Positions 32,722 to 43,737 of a stretch of 64,000 nt of DNA are shown piece after piece (position 1 is the stretch's first letter; every line of letters starts with the position of its first letter). The stretch is from contig CDRNVI010000012.1 of the NCBI GenBank assembly GCA_977017575.1, forward strand, positions 930,001-994,000. The letters are read 5' to 3'. The notes under the pieces were generated by a model. It had not been told where the DNA came from and did not search any database. It saw nothing but the letters and a program-made list of their open reading frames with translations. Position numbers and translations under genes: made by a program. This DNA comes from Paramoeba atlantica. Taxonomy: Eukaryota; Protista; Discosea.

Positions 32722-33600
32722 ATGCCACTTCTTCTAATAGGACTCGGACTAGGCGATGAAAGTGATATCACACAGAGGGGTCGAACGCTACTCCGTAGTG
32801 CCGAGAAGGTATATCTCGAGTACTATACCTCTCTGCTCTGCAACCCAGACTCTCTACAAAGTGTTACCAACTCTACCACGCACGACTTTGAGAAACCCGT
32901 AATGCTTTGTGGACGATCGGCTTCGATTGCGGGCAGGGAGTTTATTGAGGACGGCACTCAATTGCTTTGCGAGGCAAAAACTCAGTCCGTGGCTTTACTT
33001 GTAGTCGGTGATCCCTTTGGTGCCACAACACACAGTGATCTTTACGTAAGGTGTGTACGGAGCCAAATCCCTGTAGAGGTCGTGCACAACGCCAGTATAA
33101 TCAACGCCATCGGATGTACCGGATTGCAGCTCTACCGTTTCGGATCCACCATTACTCTGTGTCTGTGGACAGAGTCTTGGAAACCGGAGAGTTGGTATTC
33201 TGCTCTGGAGGGCAACCTGAGCCGTGGCTTACACACCCTTGTGCTACTTGATATAAAAATACGTGAGCAAACCGAGGACAGTTTAGCCAGAGGAAGTTTA
33301 TCCCAACGTCAGTACTTATCCCCACGCTTTATGACGTCAAGGGAGGGCGCGGACCAACTATTGGAAGTGTCACAGCGTCAACCGCACAGTTTGATATCGG
33401 CGTCGTCCAAGATTGTGGCAGTTGCTAGAATCGGTTCTTCCTCACAGGCCATAGCGTACTGTACACTGGGGGAGCTTGCGGAAGGTGCTGCGGATGAGGT
33501 CCTAGGAGGACCTTTGCACTCTCTTGTGGTCCCGGCGCCCGAGCTTCACGAATGTGAAATGAGTCATTTGCAGTGTATTGCATGGACCTCATCTGGATAA
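32722..33600 (+). CDS. DPH5: Diphthine methyl ester synthase
   Basis: LLIGLGLGDESDIT, VYLEYYTS, LLVVGDPFGATTHSDL, VHNASIINAIGCTGLQLYRFG, GLHTLVLLDIK, GGPLHSLVVP. Confidence 0.96.
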   Translation: MPLLLIGLGLGDESDITQRGRTLLRSAEKVYLEYYTSLLCNPDSLQSVTNSTTHDFEKPVMLCGRSASIAGREFIEDGTQLLCEAKTQSVALLVVGDPFGATTHSDLYVRCVRSQIPVEVVHNASIINAIGCTGLQLYRFGSTITLCLWTESWKPESWYSALEGNLSRGLHTLVLLDIKIREQTEDSLARGSLSQRQYLSPRFMTSREGADQLLEVSQRQPHSLISASSKIVAVARIGSSSQAIAYCTLGELAEGAADEVLGGPLHSLVVPAPELHECEMSHLQCIAWTSSG

Positions 33601-33975
33601 TATGGATGAACCAGAGGGATGCTCTAAGCCTTTGTACACGTGAGTGCAGTTAGTGATCGTCCAAGCAAAAGAGCATGGAAGAGGTGATGTTTATTTGCGG
33701 ACACAGACTGGGTGATTTTTAACTTTGGAAACGAAGTATTGTGGTTGACCTGAAAAACAAGTAAGAGTAATATCGAAATTCTTTTTTCAAATAGGCAAAT
33801 TTTTTTGTCTACTTTTCCAAAGCATTTCTTATTTCTTTGCTATACGTCGTATTCGATGAATGTTTTTCTCTCATTGGTGACCCTCTTGGCCCTGTCGAGC
33901 AGCCCAAGGTCTGGATCTTCCGGATTTTCTTCTTTTTCTCTTGTTGCACTGCCTTGTTTCAGTCAGCTTAGTCTT

Positions 33976-34929
33976 ATGTGCCACAGCGCTGAAGAAGAGG
34001 AACAAATTACTATTGAAGACTCATCAGAAGTTGAACAAAGAAATAAGAAACGCCGACGCCAGGAAAATTCTAGAACTCCCAATGTGCGTGATCCTCCTCC
34101 AGGGGTCGAAGAGCCAGAGGCTAAGTCACTTGACGAGGCGCATGCAAAACTTTCGACGATTCTACACACTCTCAAAGATTCTCTGAAGCAAGGTAAAGGC
34201 TTTGTCGATGGTCAAATTCTAGAAAATCTACACGCGCAGCACGAGCGGCACCAGTTCACAGTGGCATTACTACAACGAAAACACCGTATGATGACGGAGG
34301 GTCAACGCCTAGGGACCTCACCCGATCAATTTCTTATGCTCTTCCAAACCCTCCCTGGTAAGTTGAAAGAATTTACCGAACTTGTGAACACGCAAAAAGA
34401 GCGACATGCTCGCGTGCTGGAATCCACCCTGGAGGTCTTGCGATCTCACAACAGTCCCATCGACACTTCTCTTCTCGCCTACTGTGAGCAGAAGTGGAAA
34501 GACAAGGCGTACGCCTCGCTGAGTAAAATCAACGAAATGTTACGACGACACTCCGCGATACGTTCCCGCTGGTGGGCCGGATTTACCCCATTTGAGTGGG
34601 TATGGATCACACAGCACATTGCGGTGTATTACGTACTTTATATTTTACTACGTGCCGCAGTCTACTATGCCGTGGGAAACCGGCACGGGGGTTTCATTCA
34701 ATGTACCTACCGCTACATGTTACCTCTGTTCTCCTTTGTTATCTTTGGCGTGCTACACACTGAATCTAAAAGCCTACTGACGCTGTCCCTCACACGATGG
34801 CGAGTGTTTGTGATTTATGCTATCTTGCTTTGGGTGGTATATCTTTGTGAGTACGTGCGCAGCGTACTGCGCGCATTGTACTTGTTACGCAGGCGTCGTG
34901 GCACAAAATCTGTTATACGGAAGGAGTGA
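33976..34929 (+). CDS. Hypothetical coiled-coil protein with C-terminal TM segments
   Basis: Long ORF; pyrimidine tract and CAG just before ATG 33976 favour this start. Confidence 0.6.
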   Translation: MCHSAEEEEQITIEDSSEVEQRNKKRRRQENSRTPNVRDPPPGVEEPEAKSLDEAHAKLSTILHTLKDSLKQGKGFVDGQILENLHAQHERHQFTVALLQRKHRMMTEGQRLGTSPDQFLMLFQTLPGKLKEFTELVNTQKERHARVLESTLEVLRSHNSPIDTSLLAYCEQKWKDKAYASLSKINEMLRRHSAIRSRWWAGFTPFEWVWITQHIAVYYVLYILLRAAVYYAVGNRHGGFIQCTYRYMLPLFSFVIFGVLHTESKSLLTLSLTRWRVFVIYAILLWVVYLCEYVRSVLRALYLLRRRRGTKSVIRKE

Positions 34930-35371
34930 TGCTCCGCGTGGTATGTCTTTTTAGTTGGACCACTGCCTAATGTAGGAGCATGCGTACGGAGCAAACACAG
35001 GGTACTGTATCTTGACCTTGTTCAAGAGATTCATTTTGTTTTCCTTTTTAACTTTCGCATAAGAATCGTTTAATTCTGTGATCTTTTTTCCATACTTAGA
35101 GGATCACTTAAAAAGTTAGCCTACTTTGTTAATTCCTCGAAACGAAAACATTTTTAGAGCTTAGTGGTGCTTCCGTATTCTATAAATTACGGAGGTATGT
35201 ACATGTATACGGAGGTACGTTGGCGGGAACACTATACACTGTACTTTGACATTTGAGTCATAGTGCTGAGCGTGTTTCGTGAGTTACTACTGATTTGATC
35301 GCCATCTTGTTTGTTTCTCTTTTCCTTACTGTTTTCTACCAATTCATATTTTCTTATGAGCTTACTTGGCG

Positions 35372-35551
35372 ATGGATCTAGGTAACAATGAAAAATTACT
35401 AGGAGACGTCCAATACATCATGAACTATGACATAGCTCATCACATGCAAAAGGTACTCAAGCAAATAACTTGTAAACTTCCTACAGATCCAATTGAGTTT
35501 ATGATTCGATACTTCGAGACATTAGAAGAAATTGGCGCTAAAAGCACCTGA
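35372..35551 (+). CDS. Small RIIa/Dpy-30-like dimerization-domain protein
   Basis: YIMNYDIAHHMQKVLKQITCKLPTDPIEFMIRYF matches the YL.......L...L......P.DPI.F...Y pattern. Confidence 0.6.
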   Translation: MDLGNNEKLLGDVQYIMNYDIAHHMQKVLKQITCKLPTDPIEFMIRYFETLEEIGAKST

Positions 35552-36113
35552 AATGCATGTACTACCAAGATTCTGACATAACATTTTCTACGTGTGCACT
35601 TTGCGCACTTTTGGCGCAAATTTACCACCGGCCTACGGTGCAAATCTCAGCTCCTATTTATCGAGTCTTCTCGTGTGTGACCTAATGAAAAAACAGAGCA
35701 AGTGGGAAGTAGGTTCTCGTGATCCTAGAAGCAGGCCGTGAAGTAAAAGGCACTGTTTCAAAAATGATGGTTTACCTTTAAGATTGGTCACGCAAAAAAA
35801 TCTGATTGTGAAAATTAAAAGAAAATTAAAACTCAGTGTTAAACCTCTGAAAATGAATGAAAGGTTTTGTATCTATCATACACGAATTATACGTGCATCA
35901 TACAGGATGCATCATACATGTATACATGTACGTGCATCAAACAATCATACGTTCATTTCGATACATACGACTGTCCATCTTGTACGTTTTTGTGTAAATT
36001 CTTGTACAAAAATATCACCGGCTTCTGTTCGTACTTTAATTTATTGAAAGTGCTTTGAATTTGTTTATCCTTTTACTTCTCTTTCTTCATAACATATCTT
36101 TGATAATTCGGTA

Positions 36114-36284
36114 ATGACATCTCCTGATCACAATTCGAATTCATCGGCATCTGATATTTCCCACAATGAGAATTTTGATCCGAAAATGTGGACTATTCCG
36201 AAAGTGGATAACTTGTCTGATGAAATCGACGATAAACTAGCAGAGTTTATTCAAAAAAGGGAGCAAGAGTTCGAAAAAGCTTAA
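36114..36284 (+). CDS. Candidate 56-aa small protein absent from the ORF track
   Basis: MTSPDHNSNSSASDISHNENFDPKMWTIPKVDNLSDEIDDKLAEFIQKREQEFEKA*; pyrimidine tract upstream but no AG between the tract and the ATG. Confidence 0.3.
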   Translation: MTSPDHNSNSSASDISHNENFDPKMWTIPKVDNLSDEIDDKLAEFIQKREQEFEKA

Positions 36285-36434
36285 CCTGTAAGGACGGAAC
36301 GAATCTTTGATCTTTGTGATCTTCCATACGACAGTACCGTTTCTAATGTGCTCTTTGAAACGCCTTATCATACATGTATAATTAATTTTACATCTTGATC
36401 TTTCCTGCACATTTGTTTGTGTTTCTTGCACATA

Positions 36435-36741
36435 CTGTACCCCCCTGTTTATAATAGCCTCGACCCCTCCCCCCCTTTATAGGTTCTTTTTTTTGGCGAA
36501 CCACGGAAAATGTTTTTAATTTTCTTGCACCGTCTTAACTATTTTGATATTTTCACGTGGTTCTTCGAGGTATGGCGCGGGGTGGTGCTGGACATTTTAC
36601 TTTGGCAGAGCACCGGGGCCCACTTTGCGATTGAATAATCGCCCAAATGTAGGGCGATTTCTGTGCGAACTTTTAATCGCCCTCCCCCCTTTATAGGTTC
36701 ATTTGGGCCAAAGCGAGGCTATTATAAACGGGGGGGTACAG
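36435..36741. mobile_element. MITE (307 bp)
   Basis: TA|CTGTACCCCCCTGTTTATAATAGCCTCG ... CGAGGCTATTATAAACGGGGGGGTACAG|TA; internal direct repeat of CCCCCCTTTATAGGTTC. Confidence 0.88.
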
Positions 36742-36996
36742 TATATTTATTTCGGAGTAATGTGACCCCCACCTAGTTTAGTGCCGCGGGGTACCCTCCC
36801 TCACCTACCTAGTGCCGTTTTTCTACATTTTTGGTTTCAGCTTTTTTGGAGGGTGGGAAGAAAATTTGGAGGATACAGTATGTATCTTTTGCTTGACTCA
36901 CGTGAAACGAATAGCATACTTACAGGCCTAGAAGTTTCTATCAATTGTAATTCAATTTACTGTGCCCCCCCTCCACTTATAGTGCCGCGGGGTACT

Positions 36997-37238
36997 CCCC
37001 CACTTATAGTGCCGTTTTGACAAAAATGTTCGAAAAATGACTAATTGTTTTTGTCCAAAAAGTACAGTAAACATGGTGGAAATTTCTAACATTGAGTGGC
37101 TTCAAAGTTGAAAACAGCCACCACGTTTAACTAAGCCACTCAATGTTAGAAATTTCCACCATGTTTACTGTACTTTTTGGACAAAAACAATTAGTCATTT
37201 TTCGAACATTTTCGTCAAAACGGCACTATAAGTGGGGG
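36997..37238. repeat. Near-perfect 242-bp palindrome
   Basis: ~106-bp arms (36997-37102 / 37133-37238) with one mismatch; 30-nt spacer. Confidence 0.92.
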
Positions 37239-37251
37239 GGCTATAAGAATA

Positions 37252-37429
37252 ACCGAGGGCAAAGTGGACGAGGGAGTACCATTAGTTTAGGTGCGGCATT
37301 TTCCACAGAAAAAACGGCATCTCTACCTTTTTAGGCGCTTGTCTTCATGCCATAAGGGAGATACCGTTTTTCCTGCGGAAACTGCCGCACCTAAACTATT
37401 GGTACTCCCTCGTCCACTTTGCCCTGGGT
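37252..37429. mobile_element. 178-bp foldback MITE
   Basis: ~70-bp imperfect arms starting TA|ACC(G/C)AGGGCAAAGTGGACGAGGGAGTACCA; TA on both sides. Confidence 0.8.
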
Positions 37430-38416
37430 TACATAAGAAAAACATGTTCCCTAGGACTCCTTACAGCTTCCCACGCGAGGAAGTCGTCGTCGCTGCGGCA
37501 AAAAGTCAAAAGGCTCCGCCATCTTCTTTTTGCATTGTGCCTCCTCCTTCCTCTAAGGTCTTGCGTATCCCAAACCTGAAGTTGAAGAAAGCATATGTGG
37601 CGAATTGGGGTTTGCAAATCGCTTCCAAAGAAGGGGGTCCCGAGTGGTCGAAAAGGCGCGTTTTTTTTACCTAAAACTATCAATTTATGCTGCTGCCTTT
37701 GGTTCTTTACGAAAAAAAACTTTTTCAGGAAAATTTTTCGCCGGGCCAAATTTATTAATATAGGATAGCGAGGGAGTAGTATCTCCCTCAATACGTTTTA
37801 GGAGTCGATTTATCAATCACGCATCAATCGCGGTCTCAAAGGAAGAAAGCGCCAGAGAAGCTTTAACAAAGAGCGAAAGGCAATTTTAAGGAAGGTGCAC
37901 CTTAAATTGCTCCAAGAAATTAATGGTAAGCATGCAGTGACGAAGGTATTTATCTTTTCCGTTATGGAAACATACTGAATACGGTTAGTCATTTCGAAAC
38001 TTGTTTACGAATTAATATTTCATAATTTTTTATTTTAGGGCATCTTTATTTCACAATTTTTTACGACCACTCCATTTACAGCGCTTATGCACTCAAAACC
38101 ACATGATAGAAAGATTTGCGCCGCGAAGCGGCGCGCTTTTTTTTTTGAGGGTGGAAAAATTTTCACCCTCGATCTGAAACATACTACCCCCCCCACTTAT
38201 ACTGCCGTTTGGTCGAAAACCGCGGCACTATAAGTGGGGGGGGCACAGTAATGATTCTTGAGAACATTTTAATTATTTGTGTATCCCCACTCATAGTGCC
38301 GCTTGGCCAAAACCCGCGGCCCTATGAGTGGAGGAGGACGCAATAACTATCGATTTCCTTTTTTTCATCATTTTTCTACTATCAACTATTTTTCTACTAT
38401 ATCCCGCATACTAGAT

Positions 38417-39100
38417 ATGGTACTTTCTGTACGGACCGTATTGGTCCACTCCGCGGACAGCCCATCGGCGAGTACGTCAGTGATGAAGCCGGCTAAAGCA
38501 CGGGGCATTGCACTTCCTCAAGAGTATCAATTGGTTCGTATGTTCGAAAATGTCAAAGATCTCCCTTCTACATGGAATATAGACACCCCGGCCTGTGAGT
38601 GGGAAGGCATTTTATGTATAGAAAAACGTGCTAGTTTTTTTCATTTGACAGGAAATGTGCGGTTTCTTGATGGGCACCCCCAGTGGGAGTATCTTCCAAG
38701 CAGTGTGACATGCCTCCATCTCCCTGAAAACCGACTGTGCGGCGAGATCAATACAAGTTCATTACCAAATGCTTTGACAGAACTTAACGTGCGAAACAAT
38801 GTGAAACTATCCGGCGAAGTCAACCTTGGAACTTTGCCCTCCGCACTGACCCTCTTCCTGATTTCATGCAATTCCTTTTCTGGAGAACTAGACTTTGGAA
38901 ATTTGCCGGCGACCATCAAGCAGCTTTGGATGCAAAATAACAAGTTCAGCCATGCGATCGGGCTCCGCTCCCTCCCGGTTTCGCTTAGAGTGCTGTACTT
39001 GCATGATAATCCCGAGTTAGTGGGAGAAATAAATGTTACTCTTTTACCTGAGTTTTTAGCTTTAAAAACATGGACAAATACTCAAATTCGAGTTCTGTGA
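38417..39100 (+). CDS. Short LRR family protein (copy 3)
   Basis: PAKARGIALPQEY, TPACEWEGILC cap, LPSALTLFLISCNSFSGELDF-type repeats. Confidence 0.85.
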   Translation: MVLSVRTVLVHSADSPSASTSVMKPAKARGIALPQEYQLVRMFENVKDLPSTWNIDTPACEWEGILCIEKRASFFHLTGNVRFLDGHPQWEYLPSSVTCLHLPENRLCGEINTSSLPNALTELNVRNNVKLSGEVNLGTLPSALTLFLISCNSFSGELDFGNLPATIKQLWMQNNKFSHAIGLRSLPVSLRVLYLHDNPELVGEINVTLLPEFLALKTWTNTQIRVL

Positions 39101-39252
39101 AATAAGGGCTTTTACTCTCGTGTACGTGTTTCCTCTCACCATCATTAGATTCCTCTTAGTTTTAAGGAATGGAGACACTCTTGGGGCAATACTGTTTATT
39201 CGATGACATATTTTTCTAACCCACTGTCACAAAACTATTATTTATTGTAACA

Positions 39253-40242
39253 ATGAGCACAGCGCTAATTCCTTCAAAAAATTCTCTGGTGAGCCGTCAA
39301 GTCTCGGATACTGATCACAGAACTGCTTTCTGGAATGCTCATGGACAAGAAATCTCAGCAGTACGTTTCTCTCCCTCTGGGGGTTTGCTTGCTACCTCAG
39401 CATTGGAGAGTGACGTTCAGTTGTGGAGAGGGGCAGAGAAATATGAATCCGTGGCGCTGCTAAAAAGGCATCGGTTTCCCGTTCGTGATGTTGCCTGGTG
39501 TAGCGACTTGTTTCTATTTTCCGCGTCCTCCGATGGTTTTGTCAATCTCTGGGACATTGAAACGGAGCAATGCATTTGTGGATCCCAAACCGACTCACGA
39601 GCCATTATTAACTCCATCCACGTACTCCCATCAACTACGCTGGTACTGATGGCAAGTGATGATCGAACCGTGCAATGTTCTGACATTCGAATAAAAAATG
39701 GCACCGTACGGGTTTTTGAGAACAATATACCATGCACTACGGTGGTCAGCAGTTCGTGTGGGTCAAATCTTTATGTTGGTGACATTGCGGGGAGGATTCA
39801 TCGTTATGATTTTGCCTCCACAGATCGACTTGACACCACCCAGGCCCACAGTAGCGTCATCACATCACTGTCTTGTCAAAAAGAGCAACTGCTGAGCACT
39901 GCCTTGGAGGGGCAGAGTAAGGTGTGGGATATTCGCCCCTACGTGGAGGTGGGAAAAGAATTGCTATGGGAGACTCAGGGGCAAGAGTATCCTGGGGAAC
40001 AGATTCTTTACCGCAGCGCGTGGCTGGTAACTAAAAAGGATACGATACTAGTTCCCTCCGCGAAGTCACCATATGAGATCATATTGTGGAGTATGGAAGG
40101 ACACAGTGAGGCTCCGCACAGAGAAGTCATGTCAACGGCGCATACAAGCTTGATTACCGTGGTTGAAGCGCACCCAACCGAAACTGTTGTTGCATCGGCT
40201 ACCCTTGGGGGAACTGTGGAGTGTAGGCAACTCCCTGCTTAA
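39253..40242 (+). CDS. SNRNP40: WD40 protein, U5 snRNP 40K-like
   Basis: AH..EISAVRFSPSG.LLATS...VQLW...Y...ALLKRH...V....LFSASSDG.V.LWD.ET follows the U5-40K N-terminal pattern. Confidence 0.65.
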   Translation: MSTALIPSKNSLVSRQVSDTDHRTAFWNAHGQEISAVRFSPSGGLLATSALESDVQLWRGAEKYESVALLKRHRFPVRDVAWCSDLFLFSASSDGFVNLWDIETEQCICGSQTDSRAIINSIHVLPSTTLVLMASDDRTVQCSDIRIKNGTVRVFENNIPCTTVVSSSCGSNLYVGDIAGRIHRYDFASTDRLDTTQAHSSVITSLSCQKEQLLSTALEGQSKVWDIRPYVEVGKELLWETQGQEYPGEQILYRSAWLVTKKDTILVPSAKSPYEIILWSMEGHSEAPHREVMSTAHTSLITVVEAHPTETVVASATLGGTVECRQLPA

Positions 40243-40649
40243 TGTTGGCAGTACCGTACGATTCATGCAAAGGCTCAATGAACAGATCACCGGACGCCTG
40301 ATAAAAAGCTTGAGTACTTCTACAACATCTACACATGCATGTATTATTCGCAGATTTCACTTCGAGCTACACAAGCTGCGCATTCTATTTTTTATTGAGA
40401 ATAGAGTGCTGCAGTAGTAGAGTGACCGAATCCTGAAATTTAACTGTATCTTGACCGATACCACCGTCATTGTCTACATTTCAACAAAAGGAGGGAGATG
40501 CTACACAGGGGTGTTAATAACTGAGGCCCACTAATTAAAGGCCGTTGTCCCGGCGGTTTAAAGGTAATGATTAAAGCAACAACTTTTTAGTTCGTTTAGT
40601 AGACTCTTTTTATGCCCTACTTACTTTCGTATTATCCAAAGCTACTAGC

Positions 40650-41276
40650 ATGATACTAAACGCAGCTGATATTCGAACTTCACGTGCTGGTAAAGTTAGA
40701 GGGCATTATTGTCCACCCGAAGTAAGGCTTTCTCAATTCATACGTTTGGTCGAAAATCCGCATCCATCTTGGAAAGCAGAAAATCCAATCAGTGAATGGG
40801 TCGAGGTGAAATCCACAGATTCAGGATTGGTCATATATTGGGGCGGCTTTGGTCTAAAAGGACAAGTGGAATGGAAACATCTGCCCGAGTCCGTGAACTC
40901 GCTTTACATTGGAAAAGGTATCCGGAAGGGCAAGTTAAGGCCTAATTTACTTAACGGATCAATTGAATTCTCGACACTACCGCGTGGGGTGGAAGAATTT
41001 TCTGTAGAGGGTCACATCAGAGGCGAGTTTTCGGGGACATTAGATTTTACACAGCTTCCCATTGCACTCCGAGGGCTTAACATTGAAAAAAACAGATTTT
41101 GCGGTAACGTCGATTTTACGATGCTTCCGGTTAATCTTGAGTACGCATGGCTCGCCAATAATTTTTTCTCCGGCCGTGTTGATTTTTCGAAGCTTCCCCC
41201 AAAATTACTTCTGCTAACTATGAACTCTGGTATTGTATATCATGGTCAGCTGCCAAAATTCGTTGAAATATACTGA
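40650..41276 (+). CDS. Short LRR family protein (copy 4)
   Basis: LPIALRGLNIEKNRFCGNVDF and LPVNLEYAWLANNFFSGRVDF repeats; W....EW cap. Confidence 0.82.
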   Translation: MILNAADIRTSRAGKVRGHYCPPEVRLSQFIRLVENPHPSWKAENPISEWVEVKSTDSGLVIYWGGFGLKGQVEWKHLPESVNSLYIGKGIRKGKLRPNLLNGSIEFSTLPRGVEEFSVEGHIRGEFSGTLDFTQLPIALRGLNIEKNRFCGNVDFTMLPVNLEYAWLANNFFSGRVDFSKLPPKLLLLTMNSGIVYHGQLPKFVEIY

Positions 41277-41676
41277 GAAATACACAACGTGGTGTGATAT
41301 TCTTTTTGATACATTTTTATAAACATTTTTATAACTCGGTTATACAACAACAGTCATACTGTTATATTTTTTGGGAAGAAACGAAATATCGAAAATTAGG
41401 TCACAACAAGACCAATCTGTTGGTTTCTTGCTTTTTATTCTTCCTTCCCGGTAAGTGAATAGTGACTCTCTACTGTCTTCTAGGATCAAAAGAAGAGGTG
41501 ATCGAAAGAAAGATAACTGAAATAAATAGTCGTGGTGCAAATTGGCGATCGTAAAAGTGTTTATAAGAAAATTCTTTGTTGGACAAAAAGAATTTTTAGG
41601 TTGTTTTCCTCCCATTATTTTCAAGAATGATTTAGGGTAAAAAAATGCAAAGCTTGCAGTTTTATTTATTGATAAG

Positions 41677-43494
41677 ATGAAGAGAAAGCTGTTCAAGCCC
41701 CTTAAAAGAGGAAATGGTTCAGTCGCTACACCTCGTATTCAAACTATACCTACGGATGCAGTTGAATCCACATCCTTCGATAAACCGGATAATGGCATCC
41801 AAAAAACTATAAACGGTATACTGAATAAAATTACCGTTTCATCAGCATCAAATCTCATTAACCAAATTCTGGAACTTTATCAGCATAACGCATCGAACGT
41901 TGTGACCACTGCAGTAGCATCAAGTATAGTGAACAGCCTTGTATACAATACCGACGTTCGCTATCATAACTCTACAATTCTTCCACTGTGTTTAATTGTT
42001 AAAGCAATTCAAAATCGTGCTGGAAATTTACAGCTTATTCAGTTGCTCCGTGTTATCATGGAACCTTTGACCTTGTTTGTACGTGAACTCGCTGTTATTT
42101 CTGAACATAGCAGGCCTATTTCAACAGTATGTAGTAACGGAATCAGAAACCTTGTCCTTTTTCTGTCGCTTTTATACAATCTTAACGTTGTGTCCCAGTT
42201 GTTAGTAAGTGATCTGGCATTAATTTTGTCTGGCAGTAGTCTCCTTGTCGATTCCAATACACAGATCATCTCCAATCCTGGGCAATGCGATACACTCTTG
42301 ATATTGTTGCAGCATTGCGGGTCACTACTTCGGAGTGAGAACCCTGGTGTCGTGGAAAGAATATTTTCTTCAATTCAAAATTCTAGTAAAAAGAATTCTA
42401 CGTCTCAGAACACTGAGAGCTACGGAGCACATGTGAAAGAAGCCCTAGAACAGGATGAACAATCTCTTTCTCGTACACATCACGAGATTCTTTTGGGCTT
42501 TCTGCAAGAACTACGCTTTTATCGAAAGAGCAAGGCAAAAAGGAGGGAGGCTTCACTTTCTCCTGAGGAACTAAAACAAAGCCGACAAATCATGCGACAA
42601 ACGGTAGGAGAAAGCAGTGACCATGTGCTTACATTATCGTGGCAAGATTTATGGAACGAGAACCCGGTGCAGACTTTGATGACAACTCAATTTCTTGATG
42701 TTTCGGATCAGGATTCGAAAATACGAACGTCTTGTGCAACCGATCACTTGATTTTTTCTTCAGAGCGAAGTTTTCTAGAGGATTCAAAGAGTGATTCTAC
42801 GTGGTCCTGGTTGAGAGGAACTAACGCTAACACTCAGTTGCGAAGGGACTATTGGGGTCTATTTACACGAACTCCTCAACTTTCATACGACAACATTCTT
42901 TGTGCTGCTGTAGCACTTGACCCTAAAAGGAAGCACTGTGAAGACTTAGCGGCTATGATGGTGAAGTATCTGAGCTCGAACCTTTCTAAAGATCAGTTTA
43001 CGGAAACTAGTTCTACATTTCGTGTCTTCAACCACATGTGCTCAACTCGACGTAACTTTCGTTTTCACATGCAGAAGTATATTGAAGCATTCTGCAAAGC
43101 TTTAGATCCTGTGAAGGACAATGAACTTCCTTTATCGCTGATACTAAGAATGGCTCGATGTGCTGCCTGCTGCTCGCGTTGCTCACTAAATAATTCAAAA
43201 AGATTGCAACAGCGTATCCCGGAAAATTTTGGTGCACTGCACTCAGATTTGTGGAGCTATTGCATTCTCTTCTTTTCCATGGGAATGTTGTACTGCTCGA
43301 GTGATGAATCATCGGTAGAATGGATTTCCAGCGTGGCTCAACGTAAGTCTGTAAAAGATTTTATTCGCCAATATTTTCGAGACGCAGAGTATTACAGCAT
43401 ATTTTATCCGCTATTTCAAGCCGTACCTCACGCGGAGAAGATTTTAATGTCACGTTTTCGTGGTATTCTTTCACCGAGATTGGAATCATCTTAA
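41677..43494 (+). CDS. Nucleolar MIF4G-domain protein, NOM1/SGD1-like
   Basis: INGILNKITVSS...ILELY..N and LSLLYNLNVV...LLQHCG..LRSENP are consistent with the Sgd1/NOM1 MIF4G domain. Confidence 0.6.
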   Translation: MKRKLFKPLKRGNGSVATPRIQTIPTDAVESTSFDKPDNGIQKTINGILNKITVSSASNLINQILELYQHNASNVVTTAVASSIVNSLVYNTDVRYHNSTILPLCLIVKAIQNRAGNLQLIQLLRVIMEPLTLFVRELAVISEHSRPISTVCSNGIRNLVLFLSLLYNLNVVSQLLVSDLALILSGSSLLVDSNTQIISNPGQCDTLLILLQHCGSLLRSENPGVVERIFSSIQNSSKKNSTSQNTESYGAHVKEALEQDEQSLSRTHHEILLGFLQELRFYRKSKAKRREASLSPEELKQSRQIMRQTVGESSDHVLTLSWQDLWNENPVQTLMTTQFLDVSDQDSKIRTSCATDHLIFSSERSFLEDSKSDSTWSWLRGTNANTQLRRDYWGLFTRTPQLSYDNILCAAVALDPKRKHCEDLAAMMVKYLSSNLSKDQFTETSSTFRVFNHMCSTRRNFRFHMQKYIEAFCKALDPVKDNELPLSLILRMARCAACCSRCSLNNSKRLQQRIPENFGALHSDLWSYCILFFSMGMLYCSSDESSVEWISSVAQRKSVKDFIRQYFRDAEYYSIFYPLFQAVPHAEKILMSRFRGILSPRLESS

Positions 43495-43737
43495 ATCGTA
43501 TCCGGGCTTCTACGTCATTATAGCTTACTACTACCCCGCTTAGGACATGTTACAGTTGTAATGAAACTGGGATAATTTAGAGGGCTGAAACCACCTTGGT
43601 TTGCCTGGGTTTGCCTGGGTTTGCTAATTTTCAATATTGTATTAGGTAACTCAGTTTCTTCCTTGGCGAAAAGCACAGTATATTATTTAATGCTCTTTTC
43701 GCACAATAACCTATTTTTCTTGGATTCACCCAAAAAA

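Larger units (their letters stand above)
36960..38248. mobile_element. Composite MITE (1.29 kb) with nested palindromes
   Basis: TA|CTGTG-C-run-CACTTATAGTGCCGCGG ... CCGCGGCACTATAAGT-G-run-CACAG|TA; subterminal copies of CACTTATA(G/C)TGCCG. Confidence 0.82.

Noticed and set aside
36010-36050. Spliced-leader-like string (ttctgttcgtactttaatttattg)
   Set aside because: Does not match the conserved CAGTTTCTGTACT core, has no following GT donor context and is not in an array.
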